DNA of 64,000 nucleotides from an uncultured archaeon. GTDB taxonomy: Archaea > Asgardarchaeota > Heimdallarchaeia > Heimdallarchaeales > Kariarchaeaceae. The notes beneath the pieces are model-generated. The model was not told where the DNA came from. It searched no databases and worked only from the letters and a program-made list of their open reading frames with translations. Position 1 is the first letter of the stretch, and every line of letters starts with the position of its first letter. Where the stretch lies: NCBI GenBank assembly GCA_964645535.1, contig CAZYCQ010000007.1, positions 1 to 64,000 of the forward strand, written 5' to 3'. Position numbers and translations under genes: made by a program. Shown here piece by piece: positions 41,513 through 51,083 of the stretch.

Positions 41513-42568
41513 ATGAGCAAGTCGCGGCATTTTTTCTCTACTGGTGATTCTCGCATTATAAACCTAAAATTTTCTTCAGGGGTGATGAACCTGACCATTT
41601 CGTTGAACCGATTTGGGGATTTTCCGTTTCGGCAATCGTTGATGCTGATACGTCCATTTCACATTGTGCATCAACTGGCTATTGTATTGCTGGTTGTCAG
41701 TCTGAAGGGGTACTTCCCTCCTTGGTATATTTTTTTGAAGGCATGGTTGATGCTGTTTCTTTTGATGCCATTTCTGTTCGGTTTGAATGACCTGATGCAT
41801 CGATTGGAAGACCGACGGATGGGGCGGGATCGTTTGTTCACGTCAGAATCGATTTCCATGATTTCTGTTGGCTTTTTTTTGGGTTCGGTTTTTCTGGTGA
41901 TGGCTTTGATTGCTTTGGAATCTGGTCTGATGACGTTTGTCTGGTTGCTATTGATGATTCTTTGCGGTCTTTTGTATGGTTATTTCAAGCATGAAAGAAG
42001 GACATTTTTGACCTATATTTTTCGGATGTTGTCTGGCGTTACCTTTTATCTGGTGGTTTCAATGTATTTCGGTTTTTCATCCATTGATGGCTGGGTTTCG
42101 TTAGTTGTTGGTGTTCTAGACCTTTTTTCACATGTTGCGGGTGATTTGCGAGACTTTCCGATGGATGTTGCGGGAGGTGTTCGGACATTTCCGGTGGTTT
42201 ATGGGGTAGATAGGACTGAACGATTTATATTTGGATTGCAATTGCTTGGATTGTTTCTAGTTGGCATAATCTTCCGGTATGGATTTTGGTTTTGGTTATT
42301 TATTTTGGTGGGATGCAGTCTAGGTTGGCTGACATATTTTGTTTTGAGGGAAGGCAATGCCTATTCTTGGCAGCATGCTGCGTTTCATGGTCAAAAGATT
42401 TTGATATATGTCTTGGTCGGTGTTTTTCATGGCGTATCCATCTGGTTTGTTCCTTTGTACATGATGGGATGGTTTGTTTCCTATTGCTTGTATCTTTGGG
42501 CTGATGACCGGTTGAGTGGCTCTTCTGGGCTTTTGGGCTATGTGCTGAGTAATCCTTTGTGTCTGTGA
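41513..42568 (+). CDS. UbiA-family prenyltransferase
   Basis: LNDLMHRLED and DLRDFPMDVAGGVRTFPV Asp-rich motifs; polytopic membrane protein; start uncertain. Confidence 0.8.
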   Translation: MSKSRHFFSTGDSRIINLKFSSGVMNLTISLNRFGDFPFRQSLMLIRPFHIVHQLAIVLLVVSLKGYFPPWYIFLKAWLMLFLLMPFLFGLNDLMHRLEDRRMGRDRLFTSESISMISVGFFLGSVFLVMALIALESGLMTFVWLLLMILCGLLYGYFKHERRTFLTYIFRMLSGVTFYLVVSMYFGFSSIDGWVSLVVGVLDLFSHVAGDLRDFPMDVAGGVRTFPVVYGVDRTERFIFGLQLLGLFLVGIIFRYGFWFWLFILVGCSLGWLTYFVLREGNAYSWQHAAFHGQKILIYVLVGVFHGVSIWFVPLYMMGWFVSYCLYLWADDRLSGSSGLLGYVLSNPLCL

Positions 42569-42648
42569 ACTCGTTGGAGATCGGTTGTTTAAGTTTCCTG
42601 TTCCTAACCATTTGATTTTTATTGGTTTTATTTAATCGAAGCTTAGAG

Positions 42649-42969
42649 ATGTCATCAACCGAGGAAATTTTGAAAGAGATCGTTGAGCTGGAGGAGCAAA
42701 GCTCAAAACTTGAAGAGGAAGCCCAGTTGGAGGCTCAGAAGATCATAGAGAATGCCAAGGCAGAAGCGGAGGAGATCATCAAGAAGGCTCGGAAAGCTGC
42801 TGAATCGGAGATCGACCGTTTGGTTCGCGAGGAAGAGGCCAAGAGCAAAGATCTTCTTGCCTCCATAGACAAGGAGATTGCAGAGCAGAAAGAAGCCCTG
42901 CGAGCAGCTCAAAAGGCAAAGGGGAAGGAAGCAGTTGCAGCTGCCATGAAAATTCTGTTGGGTGAATAG
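42649..42969 (+). CDS. A/V-type ATP synthase subunit H (G-like stalk)
   Basis: E/K/A-rich coiled coil (EAQKIIENAKAEAEEII), directly upstream of subunit F. Confidence 0.7.
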   Translation: MSSTEEILKEIVELEEQSSKLEEEAQLEAQKIIENAKAEAEEIIKKARKAAESEIDRLVREEEAKSKDLLASIDKEIAEQKEALRAAQKAKGKEAVAAAMKILLGE

Positions 42970-43305
42970 ATGAGCCGCGCGATTGAGCGTTCCCGAATTG
43001 TAGGTCTGACTGATGAAATGACCTCATTAGGTCTTCGTTTGGCTGGAATCAAGAACGTGTACAGTGTTCCTGAAGGAGATAATGGTCGTGATCTTCTTCG
43101 TAAGCTTGTTCAGGATGATTCCGTTGCGGTTCTGATCATTACGGAAAAATACGCCGAAATGAACCGGCGTATCTTGGATCGGGCTGCATTAAGACCTTGG
43201 CCGGTAATTGTTGAGATTCCTGGACCTGAAGGTAAGATGGAACGGGAAACCAGTACCTTGAAGACTTTAGTGAAAAACGCCCTTGGCATTGAATTGGAAT
43301 TGTAA
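42970..43305 (+). CDS. A/V-type ATP synthase subunit F
   Basis: DEMTSLGLRLAGI..VAVLIITE..PVIVEIP..LVKNALGIEL. Confidence 0.88.
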   Translation: MSRAIERSRIVGLTDEMTSLGLRLAGIKNVYSVPEGDNGRDLLRKLVQDDSVAVLIITEKYAEMNRRILDRAALRPWPVIVEIPGPEGKMERETSTLKTLVKNALGIELEL

Positions 43306-43349
43306 CTTATTAGGAAACTCTCATAAAGGATGTGACAACTGACTAATAG

Positions 43350-45038
43350 ATGACCGAATCGGATCCATTGGATAGGCTGATCCAGATCATAGAAATTAGC
43401 TTTATCTTCCTGCTCAGTTTTACGATCATTGCCTTGGTTGATGCCGCCTTTGAGGGTTTGAACCTTTATCGACCTTTGGCGACTAATTACCTAGGTGCTC
43501 CTGAGGTTGGGGATCTGCGAGGCGGCAATTTTGAGGAGATTGTGAGGATTACTTTTATCCTGAATGGTCTTCTCTTTATTTCAAGCTTAATATTTGGTGT
43601 TTGGATACGCAAGACCCGTGATGGTTGGACTTGGTCCGATCTTGGGTATACCTTGCATACAGAGAATTACAGCTTTAAAGAGCTTGTTTTGAGAGGGATA
43701 CTGCTTGGGATCATTGCAATTCTTATATTCTATGCGGTGATGACAGGCATGTTCTACCTTGAATTCGGCTCCGAAGGTTTTCTTTCAATATTCGCCTACA
43801 GCAATGGAGATCGGCTGTTTACTCCCAAGGAGCTCAATGCAAGTTACTATTTCGGGATTGTTGAAATGGGATTTATCTGGCCTTTATCTGCTGGTTTCTT
43901 TTTTTTCAGCTATGCGTATAACTCATTGAAGTCACGATTCCCTTTAGCCATCTCAAATCTTCTTGCCACGGCTTTTTATGTGTTTTACCTGATCTTTTTC
44001 TTCTTGATCCCTCAGAGGGAAAAGGTCTCGATGTTTTACAGAATCCTATTCTCTCCCGATTCCATTCCTGGTTTTTCACCCTACCTCTTTTGGGGACAGG
44101 TTGTGGTTTTCCTGATCATTCTCTACATCAACTTTTCCTCGTTTGAACAGACAGGTTCAATTGTCTTGCCCTTTTTGATGAATTTTGTCTTCAATGTTGG
44201 TTTGACTCTGCTACGTGCGGGAAATACCTTGGCATTCAAGAATCTTGATCTACTCATGATCCTTCCTGTTTTGGGTTTGGGTGCTGTGGTGGTGGTTTGG
44301 TATTTGATCCGGAACGATCATTTCTCTACACTTCGAATTGCCGCCTCTCAGCTCAAGGATATTCGTGGTATCTCTTGGAAAGAATTCCTTGTTTCATTGA
44401 CTATATTTGTAATGCTTGCATTCATCTTTCCTGGGATCATCTATGAGCTATTGTTCATCAACAACACTTCGCCTGCTGCCTTGCCAAGATGGGTCATTCC
44501 CTCATTTTTTGCCTTGGACTTTGCCTTGCTTCTCTCTTTCATCTTCCTTGTACTTTCCTATCAACCTTCAAGAGTATATGATGTACTTTTGATCACAAAA
44601 GATGGACTTCCTCTTGCATCAAGGCTTGAACGGTTTGCAAGTGACGAATTTTTGGTTTCTGGATTTTTCACGGCACTTTCATCAGTGGATAGGGAACTCT
44701 CCGATGGAAAGGAACGTGTCTCGGTCATCAAAAGAGGCAATGAGGAGATCTTGGTCGAGGAAGGTGTGAAGACCCGATTGATCGCTCTTGTGGATCATGC
44801 CCATCCTGCTCTTAGAAACATGATTCTATCAGAATATCGTGACTTCGAGATAGGTATTGCAAACGTCGATCTTTCAGAGATCTTGAGTAAAGGGGAGGAT
44901 TTTGCATCTGCGTTAGAATTCGTGAACCGAATCAATGCTAAGAAAGTCCGATTTGAGATCCCTCAACCGATTCGTTGGAGTATTGCGCTTTCCATGGTTG
45001 TCGGTCCTTTGATGGTTCTTCTAAACGGCTTGATCTGA
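43350..45038 (+). CDS. Polytopic membrane protein (CPBP-like) with C-terminal longin/roadblock-like domain
   Basis: Many TMs including W.DLG; cytoplasmic VLLITKDGLPLAS..DEFLVSGFFTAL..IKRG..ILVEEG. Confidence 0.6.
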   Translation: MTESDPLDRLIQIIEISFIFLLSFTIIALVDAAFEGLNLYRPLATNYLGAPEVGDLRGGNFEEIVRITFILNGLLFISSLIFGVWIRKTRDGWTWSDLGYTLHTENYSFKELVLRGILLGIIAILIFYAVMTGMFYLEFGSEGFLSIFAYSNGDRLFTPKELNASYYFGIVEMGFIWPLSAGFFFFSYAYNSLKSRFPLAISNLLATAFYVFYLIFFFLIPQREKVSMFYRILFSPDSIPGFSPYLFWGQVVVFLIILYINFSSFEQTGSIVLPFLMNFVFNVGLTLLRAGNTLAFKNLDLLMILPVLGLGAVVVVWYLIRNDHFSTLRIAASQLKDIRGISWKEFLVSLTIFVMLAFIFPGIIYELLFINNTSPAALPRWVIPSFFALDFALLLSFIFLVLSYQPSRVYDVLLITKDGLPLASRLERFASDEFLVSGFFTALSSVDRELSDGKERVSVIKRGNEEILVEEGVKTRLIALVDHAHPALRNMILSEYRDFEIGIANVDLSEILSKGEDFASALEFVNRINAKKVRFEIPQPIRWSIALSMVVGPLMVLLNGLI

Positions 45039-45635
45039 TCACTGGTTGTATCTCTCCTTGAGGTCGTCGATCTCTTTTATACGATATGCTCTGAAGGCAA
45101 GGATAATGATACTGACCACTACCAAGAAAATCCCTGCTTTCATGATAAGGTCTCCCAAGGAATATCTCTGTACGATCTTCATCTCGGCTTGATTGTAATA
45201 GACAACCCCCACCAACAGTCTTGCATCCTTGTTTGCTCTTAATGCCACATAGATGGATGTAAATTCAACTTCAATCCATTCGCTGACTTTATTGTTTGAT
45301 CCGCTGAGGAACGATTTTTCTTCTAAGGTTGCATCAGTTTCATTTTCGAATAAAGGAAAAAGGGAAACAAAATACTTGAGGTCTTCTGTTGCTGCCATTC
45401 CGAAAAAAGCCTGCCCTCCATCCTTGTTAGTCAATTGTCCTTGATACACGAGGGTTTGTCCCGTCTTGATTTGCTGTTCATTTTCTCTATCTCCAAGGAC
45501 GACAGTTCCTATTGTGTTGGGATTGGCAACTGATGACCTAATCACTAACCCACCAAGCATGATAATGATTCCAGTTGCAACCAATATCTTTATCAGTTTA
45601 CTATTTCTCCATACCGTTCTTATTTGACGTCTCAT
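45039..45635 (-). CDS. Hypothetical membrane protein (2 TM)
   Basis: Two terminal TM helices around a beta-rich loop. Confidence 0.65.
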   Translation of the reverse strand: MRRQIRTVWRNSKLIKILVATGIIIMLGGLVIRSSVANPNTIGTVVLGDRENEQQIKTGQTLVYQGQLTNKDGGQAFFGMAATEDLKYFVSLFPLFENETDATLEEKSFLSGSNNKVSEWIEVEFTSIYVALRANKDARLLVGVVYYNQAEMKIVQRYSLGDLIMKAGIFLVVVSIIILAFRAYRIKEIDDLKERYNQ

Positions 45636-45709
45636 GGATGAATTTTAACAATTAGGTAAAAAAAAATTTTCCCCACTCCACATATTTTCCACTACATTTT
45701 GTTCATAAA

Positions 45710-46912
45710 TCACTCGTCTGAAGGCTGGTACTTCGGAAGTTCCTTTCGCAGGGGTTTGTCAACTCTATATCCCAATGCATACTGTCCTTGAATAAGCTCT
45801 TGGATCTGATCAGTACCTTCATATATCCTTGCCCCTCTGGAGTTTCTCCAATACCTTTCCACAGGATATTCGGCAGAAAATCCGTATGCTCCATGAATTT
45901 GGATGGCATTGTCTGCACATTCTTGTGCTACATTGGTAGCATGCCATTTTGCCAATGCCGTCTCCCTTGTGTTTCTCATTCCCATGTTCTTCATCCATCC
46001 TGCTCTGTAGGTCAACAATTCTGCTGTTTCTATTCCTCGAACCATATGGGCGATGAGACGCTGAACGAGTTGATGTTTGCCTATTTCAACACCAAAGGTC
46101 TGCCGTTCAAGAGCGTACTTGACTGCGGCATCCCTTGCAGCCTTGGCTAAACCGACGCTTCCGGCTGCAACGGTATACCTTCCATTGTCCAGACAGGTCA
46201 TGGCGATCTTGAAGCCTTCCCCTTCCTGTCCCACAAGATTTTCTGCGGGTATGGCAACTTCGTCATAGTTTATGAACCCCGTATTGCCTGCCCGTACTCC
46301 GAGCTTATCCTTGATTGATCCTGTGCTTACTCCCTTGAAGTTCCTTTCAACAATGAATGCAGAGATGCCGTGATGCTTCTTGCTCTTATCGGTATATGCA
46401 AAGGTAAGGAAATGGTCGGCTGTATCCGCAAGACTGATCCACATCTTGTTTCCTCTGAGGATATAATAATCACCTTCTTTGGTTGCAGTTGATTGGATTC
46501 CTGCCACATCGGATCCTGCATTTGGTTCCGTCAAGGCGTAAGTGGCAATTTTCTTTCCTTCTGCCTGTGGTACAAGGTATTTCTGCTTCTGTTCTTCAGT
46601 TCCCCATTGGAGAAGGCCGAGCGAATTAAGTCCAACATGGACGGACATGACTACTCTGAGCGCAGTATCCACATATTCAAGCTCTTCACTGACAATTCCC
46701 AGCGAGATGTAGTCCATGCCTGCCCCTCCGTACTCTGTGGGGATACAGACTCCTAGGAACCCTTCTTCTCCCATCTGTTCGATGGTCTTTCTGTCATATT
46801 CATGCTTCTTGTCTAATTCAGGAATTGAAGGTGCAACTTTCTGGGCAAAGCTTCGAACGCTCTGCCTCAGTGTCTTATGCTCATCGGTAAAGCTGAAATC
46901 CATATGTGTCAT
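45710..46912 (-). CDS. Acyl-CoA dehydrogenase
   Basis: ALTEPNAGSD, GNKMWIS, RQTFG..IG, QIHGAYG, IYEGT.QIQ. Confidence 0.95.
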   Translation of the reverse strand: MTHMDFSFTDEHKTLRQSVRSFAQKVAPSIPELDKKHEYDRKTIEQMGEEGFLGVCIPTEYGGAGMDYISLGIVSEELEYVDTALRVVMSVHVGLNSLGLLQWGTEEQKQKYLVPQAEGKKIATYALTEPNAGSDVAGIQSTATKEGDYYILRGNKMWISLADTADHFLTFAYTDKSKKHHGISAFIVERNFKGVSTGSIKDKLGVRAGNTGFINYDEVAIPAENLVGQEGEGFKIAMTCLDNGRYTVAAGSVGLAKAARDAAVKYALERQTFGVEIGKHQLVQRLIAHMVRGIETAELLTYRAGWMKNMGMRNTRETALAKWHATNVAQECADNAIQIHGAYGFSAEYPVERYWRNSRGARIYEGTDQIQELIQGQYALGYRVDKPLRKELPKYQPSDE

Positions 46913-46946
46913 TTTTACAGGAGTATTTCAGTAAATCGGTTATTTC

Positions 46947-47002
46947 TGTAACAAATTTTCCTTATTTTGTTACAAAGGTTACAGGCAAATTGACGGTCAA
47001 TT
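46947..47002. promoter_or_regulatory. Two palindromic operator candidates between divergent acyl-CoA dehydrogenase and pfk
   Basis: TGTAACAAA-N10-TTTGTTACA (46947-46974), an extra GTTACA half-site, and AATTGAC-G-GTCAATT (46988-47002). Confidence 0.5.
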
Positions 47003-47042
47003 GTAATTAAGGTTTAATAGAACGTTTGAAGAAGTCAGACCG

Positions 47043-48074
47043 ATGAAAATCGGAATCTTGACCTCAGGTGGAGACACTCCTGGAATGAATGCGGTTATCC
47101 GTGGCTTTGCGATGCGGGCACGCGGTCTCGGTCATGAGGTAATCGGAATCAAATACGGATGGAAAGGTCTGATGGATGGATTGTTCATGGAAATTCCAAT
47201 GGACTATGATGAACTGATCGCCAAAGGCGGAACGATACTATATTCAGGCAGGACAAATCCATTCAAGCGAGATGATGGGGTTGCACGCATCCGCAAAACA
47301 TTCAAGGAACATGGGCTTGATGCGGTTGTTGCCATTGGTGGGGATGACACTTTGGGAGTTGCCAATAAGTTAACTCAGGAAGGATTACCTATGGTCGGTG
47401 TTCCTAAGACCATAGATAATGATCTTGATGCAACGGATTACACTTTCGGTTTTAACACCGCCTATTCAATTGCAGCCAATGCGATGGAGAACATGAAAAC
47501 CACTGCCCGTTCTCACGGTAGGATTTTGGTAGTTGAGGTGATGGGTCGTCATGCAGGTTGGTTGACTCTGTATGCAGGCATTGCAGCAGGTGCACACGCA
47601 ATCCTGATCCCTGAATTCCCTCTAGACATGCAAACGGTTGCCTCATTAATCCGCAAACGTTTCGAGAACCCAGAGACTGCATGGGCTATCGTTGCAGTCT
47701 CGGAAGGTTATGAATTTACGTCACAACAGACTGAAGGAGTTGAGACAGATGAATTTGGGCATGTCCGGCTGGAAAAACTGAAGATCGGTGAGAAGGTTGC
47801 TGAATTTCTCGAAAAAGAGGTGGGGGCTACTGCTCGTGCCGTAGTTCTGAGTTATCTCCAACGTTCCGGTGCTCCTTCTCCATATGACAGGGTTCTTTCC
47901 ACTCGTCTTGGAATTGCAGCCGCTGACTTGGTACACGAAAGGAAATTTGCCATGATGCCATCACTCAGAGGAACAAAGATTGTACCTGTAGCCTTGAACG
48001 ATGCTGTGGATCGTCTGAAATTAGTTGATGAAGAACATTGGGATGTCGCGAAGAAACTTATGGGTCTTGACTAA
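47043..48074 (+). CDS. pfkA: 6-phosphofructokinase, PfkA family, probably PPi-dependent
   Basis: TSGGDTPGMN, IGGDDT, PKTIDND, EVMGRHAG. Confidence 0.93.
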   Translation: MKIGILTSGGDTPGMNAVIRGFAMRARGLGHEVIGIKYGWKGLMDGLFMEIPMDYDELIAKGGTILYSGRTNPFKRDDGVARIRKTFKEHGLDAVVAIGGDDTLGVANKLTQEGLPMVGVPKTIDNDLDATDYTFGFNTAYSIAANAMENMKTTARSHGRILVVEVMGRHAGWLTLYAGIAAGAHAILIPEFPLDMQTVASLIRKRFENPETAWAIVAVSEGYEFTSQQTEGVETDEFGHVRLEKLKIGEKVAEFLEKEVGATARAVVLSYLQRSGAPSPYDRVLSTRLGIAAADLVHERKFAMMPSLRGTKIVPVALNDAVDRLKLVDEEHWDVAKKLMGLD

Positions 48075-48541
48075 TTCTTGTAGTAATGCTTAACCTTCAC
48101 TGCTACACCATAATCCAATTGTACCATCGCATAGCTGGGATGCTTACTAGTTCCCACAGCAATCAGATTTCTTTGGGGGTCAAGAACTAGTACCTCTGAA
48201 TTTGGGCTGATATTTTCGCTGCTTTCCAATACATGGCGGTTGTAGAGGGATTTTCCTTGGGAAACAAAAGGAACTGCTTCCTCCATGGCGACAACAAGGT
48301 GGCTTCTCAGCCCGTTCTTAAGAAGAAATTCTCCTCCAGACATTGTCGGAATGTATCTTCCGTCCATGGGTCTAAGACTAAACAATAACTTCTCTCCTGA
48401 ATATATCTCATTTACCCGTTTGGTTTTTTTGGATCGGCTAATTCTTAGGTTTGGGATCTCTACATCATTAAGCTCTGGAAATTGGAATCGTAAAACCGTC
48501 TTGATTTTCACCCTTTCGGCATCTGTGGGTTGGGTTGCCAT
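48071..48541 (-). CDS. PUA-domain protein (archaeosine TGT C-terminal-like)
   Basis: RISRSKKTKRV..LFSLRPMDGRYIPT..AVPFVSQGKSLY..EVLVLD..LIAVG..GVAVKVK. Confidence 0.8.
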   Translation of the reverse strand: MATQPTDAERVKIKTVLRFQFPELNDVEIPNLRISRSKKTKRVNEIYSGEKLLFSLRPMDGRYIPTMSGGEFLLKNGLRSHLVVAMEEAVPFVSQGKSLYNRHVLESSENISPNSEVLVLDPQRNLIAVGTSKHPSYAMVQLDYGVAVKVKHYYKN

Positions 48542-48629
48542 TACCTTCTCCTTAGATGAGATTTGATAACTATTCCTTTTCAATCTGCAACAGAACAACA
48601 TTATTATATTCTCACGTGAACATTTTGGT

Positions 48630-49043
48630 ATGAGTGCCCGAAGAAAAGCCCGACGTGCTGCAAGAAAGAAAGGTGGTTTGCCAGGTGTCTCACCGAAAAA
48701 CATGAAGAAAGCCATGGGGCAGATGGATGTTCAGGAAATAGATGGGGTTCGGGAAGTTGTGATCCGGAAAGATGGTGAAGAAATCGTTTTGAAATCACCC
48801 GATGTCCAAGTTCTCAATATGGGTGGTCAGGAAATTTACACAATAACCGCTGCTGCAAAAGAAACACGAACTCTGACCAAAAATCTTCCAAGCGAAAAGC
48901 CATCAGATGATACCGTGGAAGTTTCAGATGCAGATGTGAAATTCATTGCAGAAAAGGCAGGGGTTTCTGAAGTCCGTGCAAGAGAAGCTTTGATCCAGGC
49001 AAAGGGTGATCTCGCTTCTGCACTTTTATCTCTATCACAATAA
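48630..49043 (+). CDS. nac: Archaeal nascent polypeptide-associated complex protein
   Basis: MKKAMGQMDVQEIDGVREVVIR NAC domain; UBA-like DVKFIAEKAGVSE..AREAL..GDLASA. Confidence 0.92.
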   Translation: MSARRKARRAARKKGGLPGVSPKNMKKAMGQMDVQEIDGVREVVIRKDGEEIVLKSPDVQVLNMGGQEIYTITAAAKETRTLTKNLPSEKPSDDTVEVSDADVKFIAEKAGVSEVRAREALIQAKGDLASALLSLSQ

Positions 49044-49298
49044 CTTTCTTTTTTATATTTGGTCTGACGTCAGTTTCCAAATTTCCGTCACAAAAACAAT
49101 CTGTGTCTTTCGAACAAGCTTTTAACAAAATTATCATATTTTCAGTTTATCTAAACAAAAAATGAACATTTGCACATTATTTTATAATTTTCAAGAGGTA
49201 GGTGGGGTTCAAACCAATACCTTTTTTATAGTAAACTTCAATTTAGGAAATAATCACAGGACAATACTGTGTTGTGATACTAAGAAGAGGTGAAAATC

Positions 49299-50186
49299 AT
49301 GAAAAAAACCACTCTATTTCTAATGAGCGTATTGATCATGGGTGCATTTCTTGTACCTGTCGCTCTTACTGCCCATGAAGAAGGGGAAGAGCATCTTGAA
49401 CCGGGTTTGGTTGTAAATGCAACCAAGACTGACCTTTCAACCTTTACCATTGATGGTGAAGAAGACGATTGGGCAAATGTTCCAGAATATGTTATCTCAT
49501 TGAAACAACTGAACAATGAAGCCAACAGCAAGCATGGAGATTTCAAAATCGCCTACAATGATACTCATGTAGCTCTATTGGTCTTGATTGAAGACAACTA
49601 TAATGTCAATCTTTCCTCACACAAACTATCTCCAGCTATGGCTGTTGAATGGAAGATTGATGCAGATGCAGGACCTCACATGGGGACTGATGAGGGTGTT
49701 TCCACTGGAAAAGTCGACATTTGGCATTGGGAGCTTGAACATGAGGCAGGTTTCCTCCACACTCCCAATCCAGACAGTGGACACGGTGGCCATGGATTGG
49801 ATGATGAATGGGCTACATCCCCCACCGAAAGATATGATGATTCCAAGGAAAATTCCCTTTATGGTGCTTGGGGCTATGTACAGGATGAAAGTGAATTTGT
49901 TTTCGAATTCATTCGTCCCTTGACCACCAACGATGCAAATGATACTCAATTCAGTGATGATGCATCCTTCTTTATGAACATTGCATATTGGGATCCAGAT
50001 CAGACTGATGCAGGGTGGACTGGATCTGGTCATTACATTACCGTTACTGACTTCGAGTGGATCCAGATCAATTTCGGGAATCCCCCAACTGAAGATACTG
50101 GTGAATCTGGAAGCCCTGGATTTGTTTTCTGGGCAACTTTCATGACCCTTGCATCATTCGCTTTAATAAGAAAGAAAAAATTCTAA
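49299..50186 (+). CDS. Secreted DOMON-like (ethylbenzene dehydrogenase gamma/heme-binding type) protein with PGF-type anchor
   Basis: Signal peptide, TIDG..DW, HMG, VDIWHW, FEFIRPL, IAYWD..H; SPGF plus TM plus RKKK. Confidence 0.65.
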   Translation: MKKTTLFLMSVLIMGAFLVPVALTAHEEGEEHLEPGLVVNATKTDLSTFTIDGEEDDWANVPEYVISLKQLNNEANSKHGDFKIAYNDTHVALLVLIEDNYNVNLSSHKLSPAMAVEWKIDADAGPHMGTDEGVSTGKVDIWHWELEHEAGFLHTPNPDSGHGGHGLDDEWATSPTERYDDSKENSLYGAWGYVQDESEFVFEFIRPLTTNDANDTQFSDDASFFMNIAYWDPDQTDAGWTGSGHYITVTDFEWIQINFGNPPTEDTGESGSPGFVFWATFMTLASFALIRKKKF

Positions 50187-50995
50187 AGCTTTTGAACTTT
50201 AAAAACTAGCTCAAAATGTGATATTCTTGGTGCAAATTTCTTAACTTCAAAAATTTGGGTTTCTTCAATGGAAATGGATTGTTTTTTTAGGATTTCAATA
50301 TATTTTTCCACTCTTTGATTCACCTTTTCCCTTTTTTCCAATGGATGGAGGTGAATGGTGCCAGATGATTTTAATGCTTGGGTTGCTACCTTCAAATGTG
50401 TATGATCTACTTCATGATATCCCATGAGAACCCGGTCTGCCCAGTTCTCTAACTCTATTTCTCTGCAATCTATATTGAAGGCCTTCTCAGTTTTCTTGCC
50501 ATTGGCATAAAGAGTTTTCAACAAATAGGAATAGGTGATGGGATCTCGTTCAACAAGGATGTAGTCTATCTGCCTATGGACAATTGGTTGCATACTGAGG
50601 TTTCCCACAGCAGCAAACATGTCTAGAAGCTTTTCACCATCCTTGACCTCTTTCAAAATTCTTTGTCTTAAATTTCTGTTTCCTCCTGAAAATGTGATTT
50701 TACCTGCATCAAGAACGTACACAACTCCATTCTCCTTATGTTTGGTGATTGTTGTGGGATTGCCTGCAAGATGTCTTAATATTGGTCTCCTGTTTTCTCC
50801 AAGAGTTCCTGTCTGTTGGAATACCCCTGTACACCAAGAAAACTTTTCCATCACGATATTTCCGACAATTTCGGGAATTTCTTCTCTACTTCTCAAGATC
50901 ATGAGGGAGCCAATTCTCTTGAAACCTTTCGGAATCTGGATATCCCTGATCTCTGGCGGTAGTGCCTGACGAATCGTCTCCCTGAATGATGGCAC
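50183..50995 (-). CDS. Trm5/Taw2 (TYW2) family SAM-dependent tRNA-modification enzyme
   Basis: HKENGVVY.LD..ITFS.GN, LDMFAAVGNLS, ADRVLMGY, VKKFAP..H. Confidence 0.85.
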   Translation of the reverse strand: MPSFRETIRQALPPEIRDIQIPKGFKRIGSLMILRSREEIPEIVGNIVMEKFSWCTGVFQQTGTLGENRRPILRHLAGNPTTITKHKENGVVYVLDAGKITFSGGNRNLRQRILKEVKDGEKLLDMFAAVGNLSMQPIVHRQIDYILVERDPITYSYLLKTLYANGKKTEKAFNIDCREIELENWADRVLMGYHEVDHTHLKVATQALKSSGTIHLHPLEKREKVNQRVEKYIEILKKQSISIEETQIFEVKKFAPRISHFELVFKVQKL

Positions 50996-51083
50996 AATTT
51001 CATTTCAATTTGATGCAAAATTGATTGTTTCGATAGAACACGATAAAGAAGCATAATTAGACAATTAACCCGGCAGACGAACA

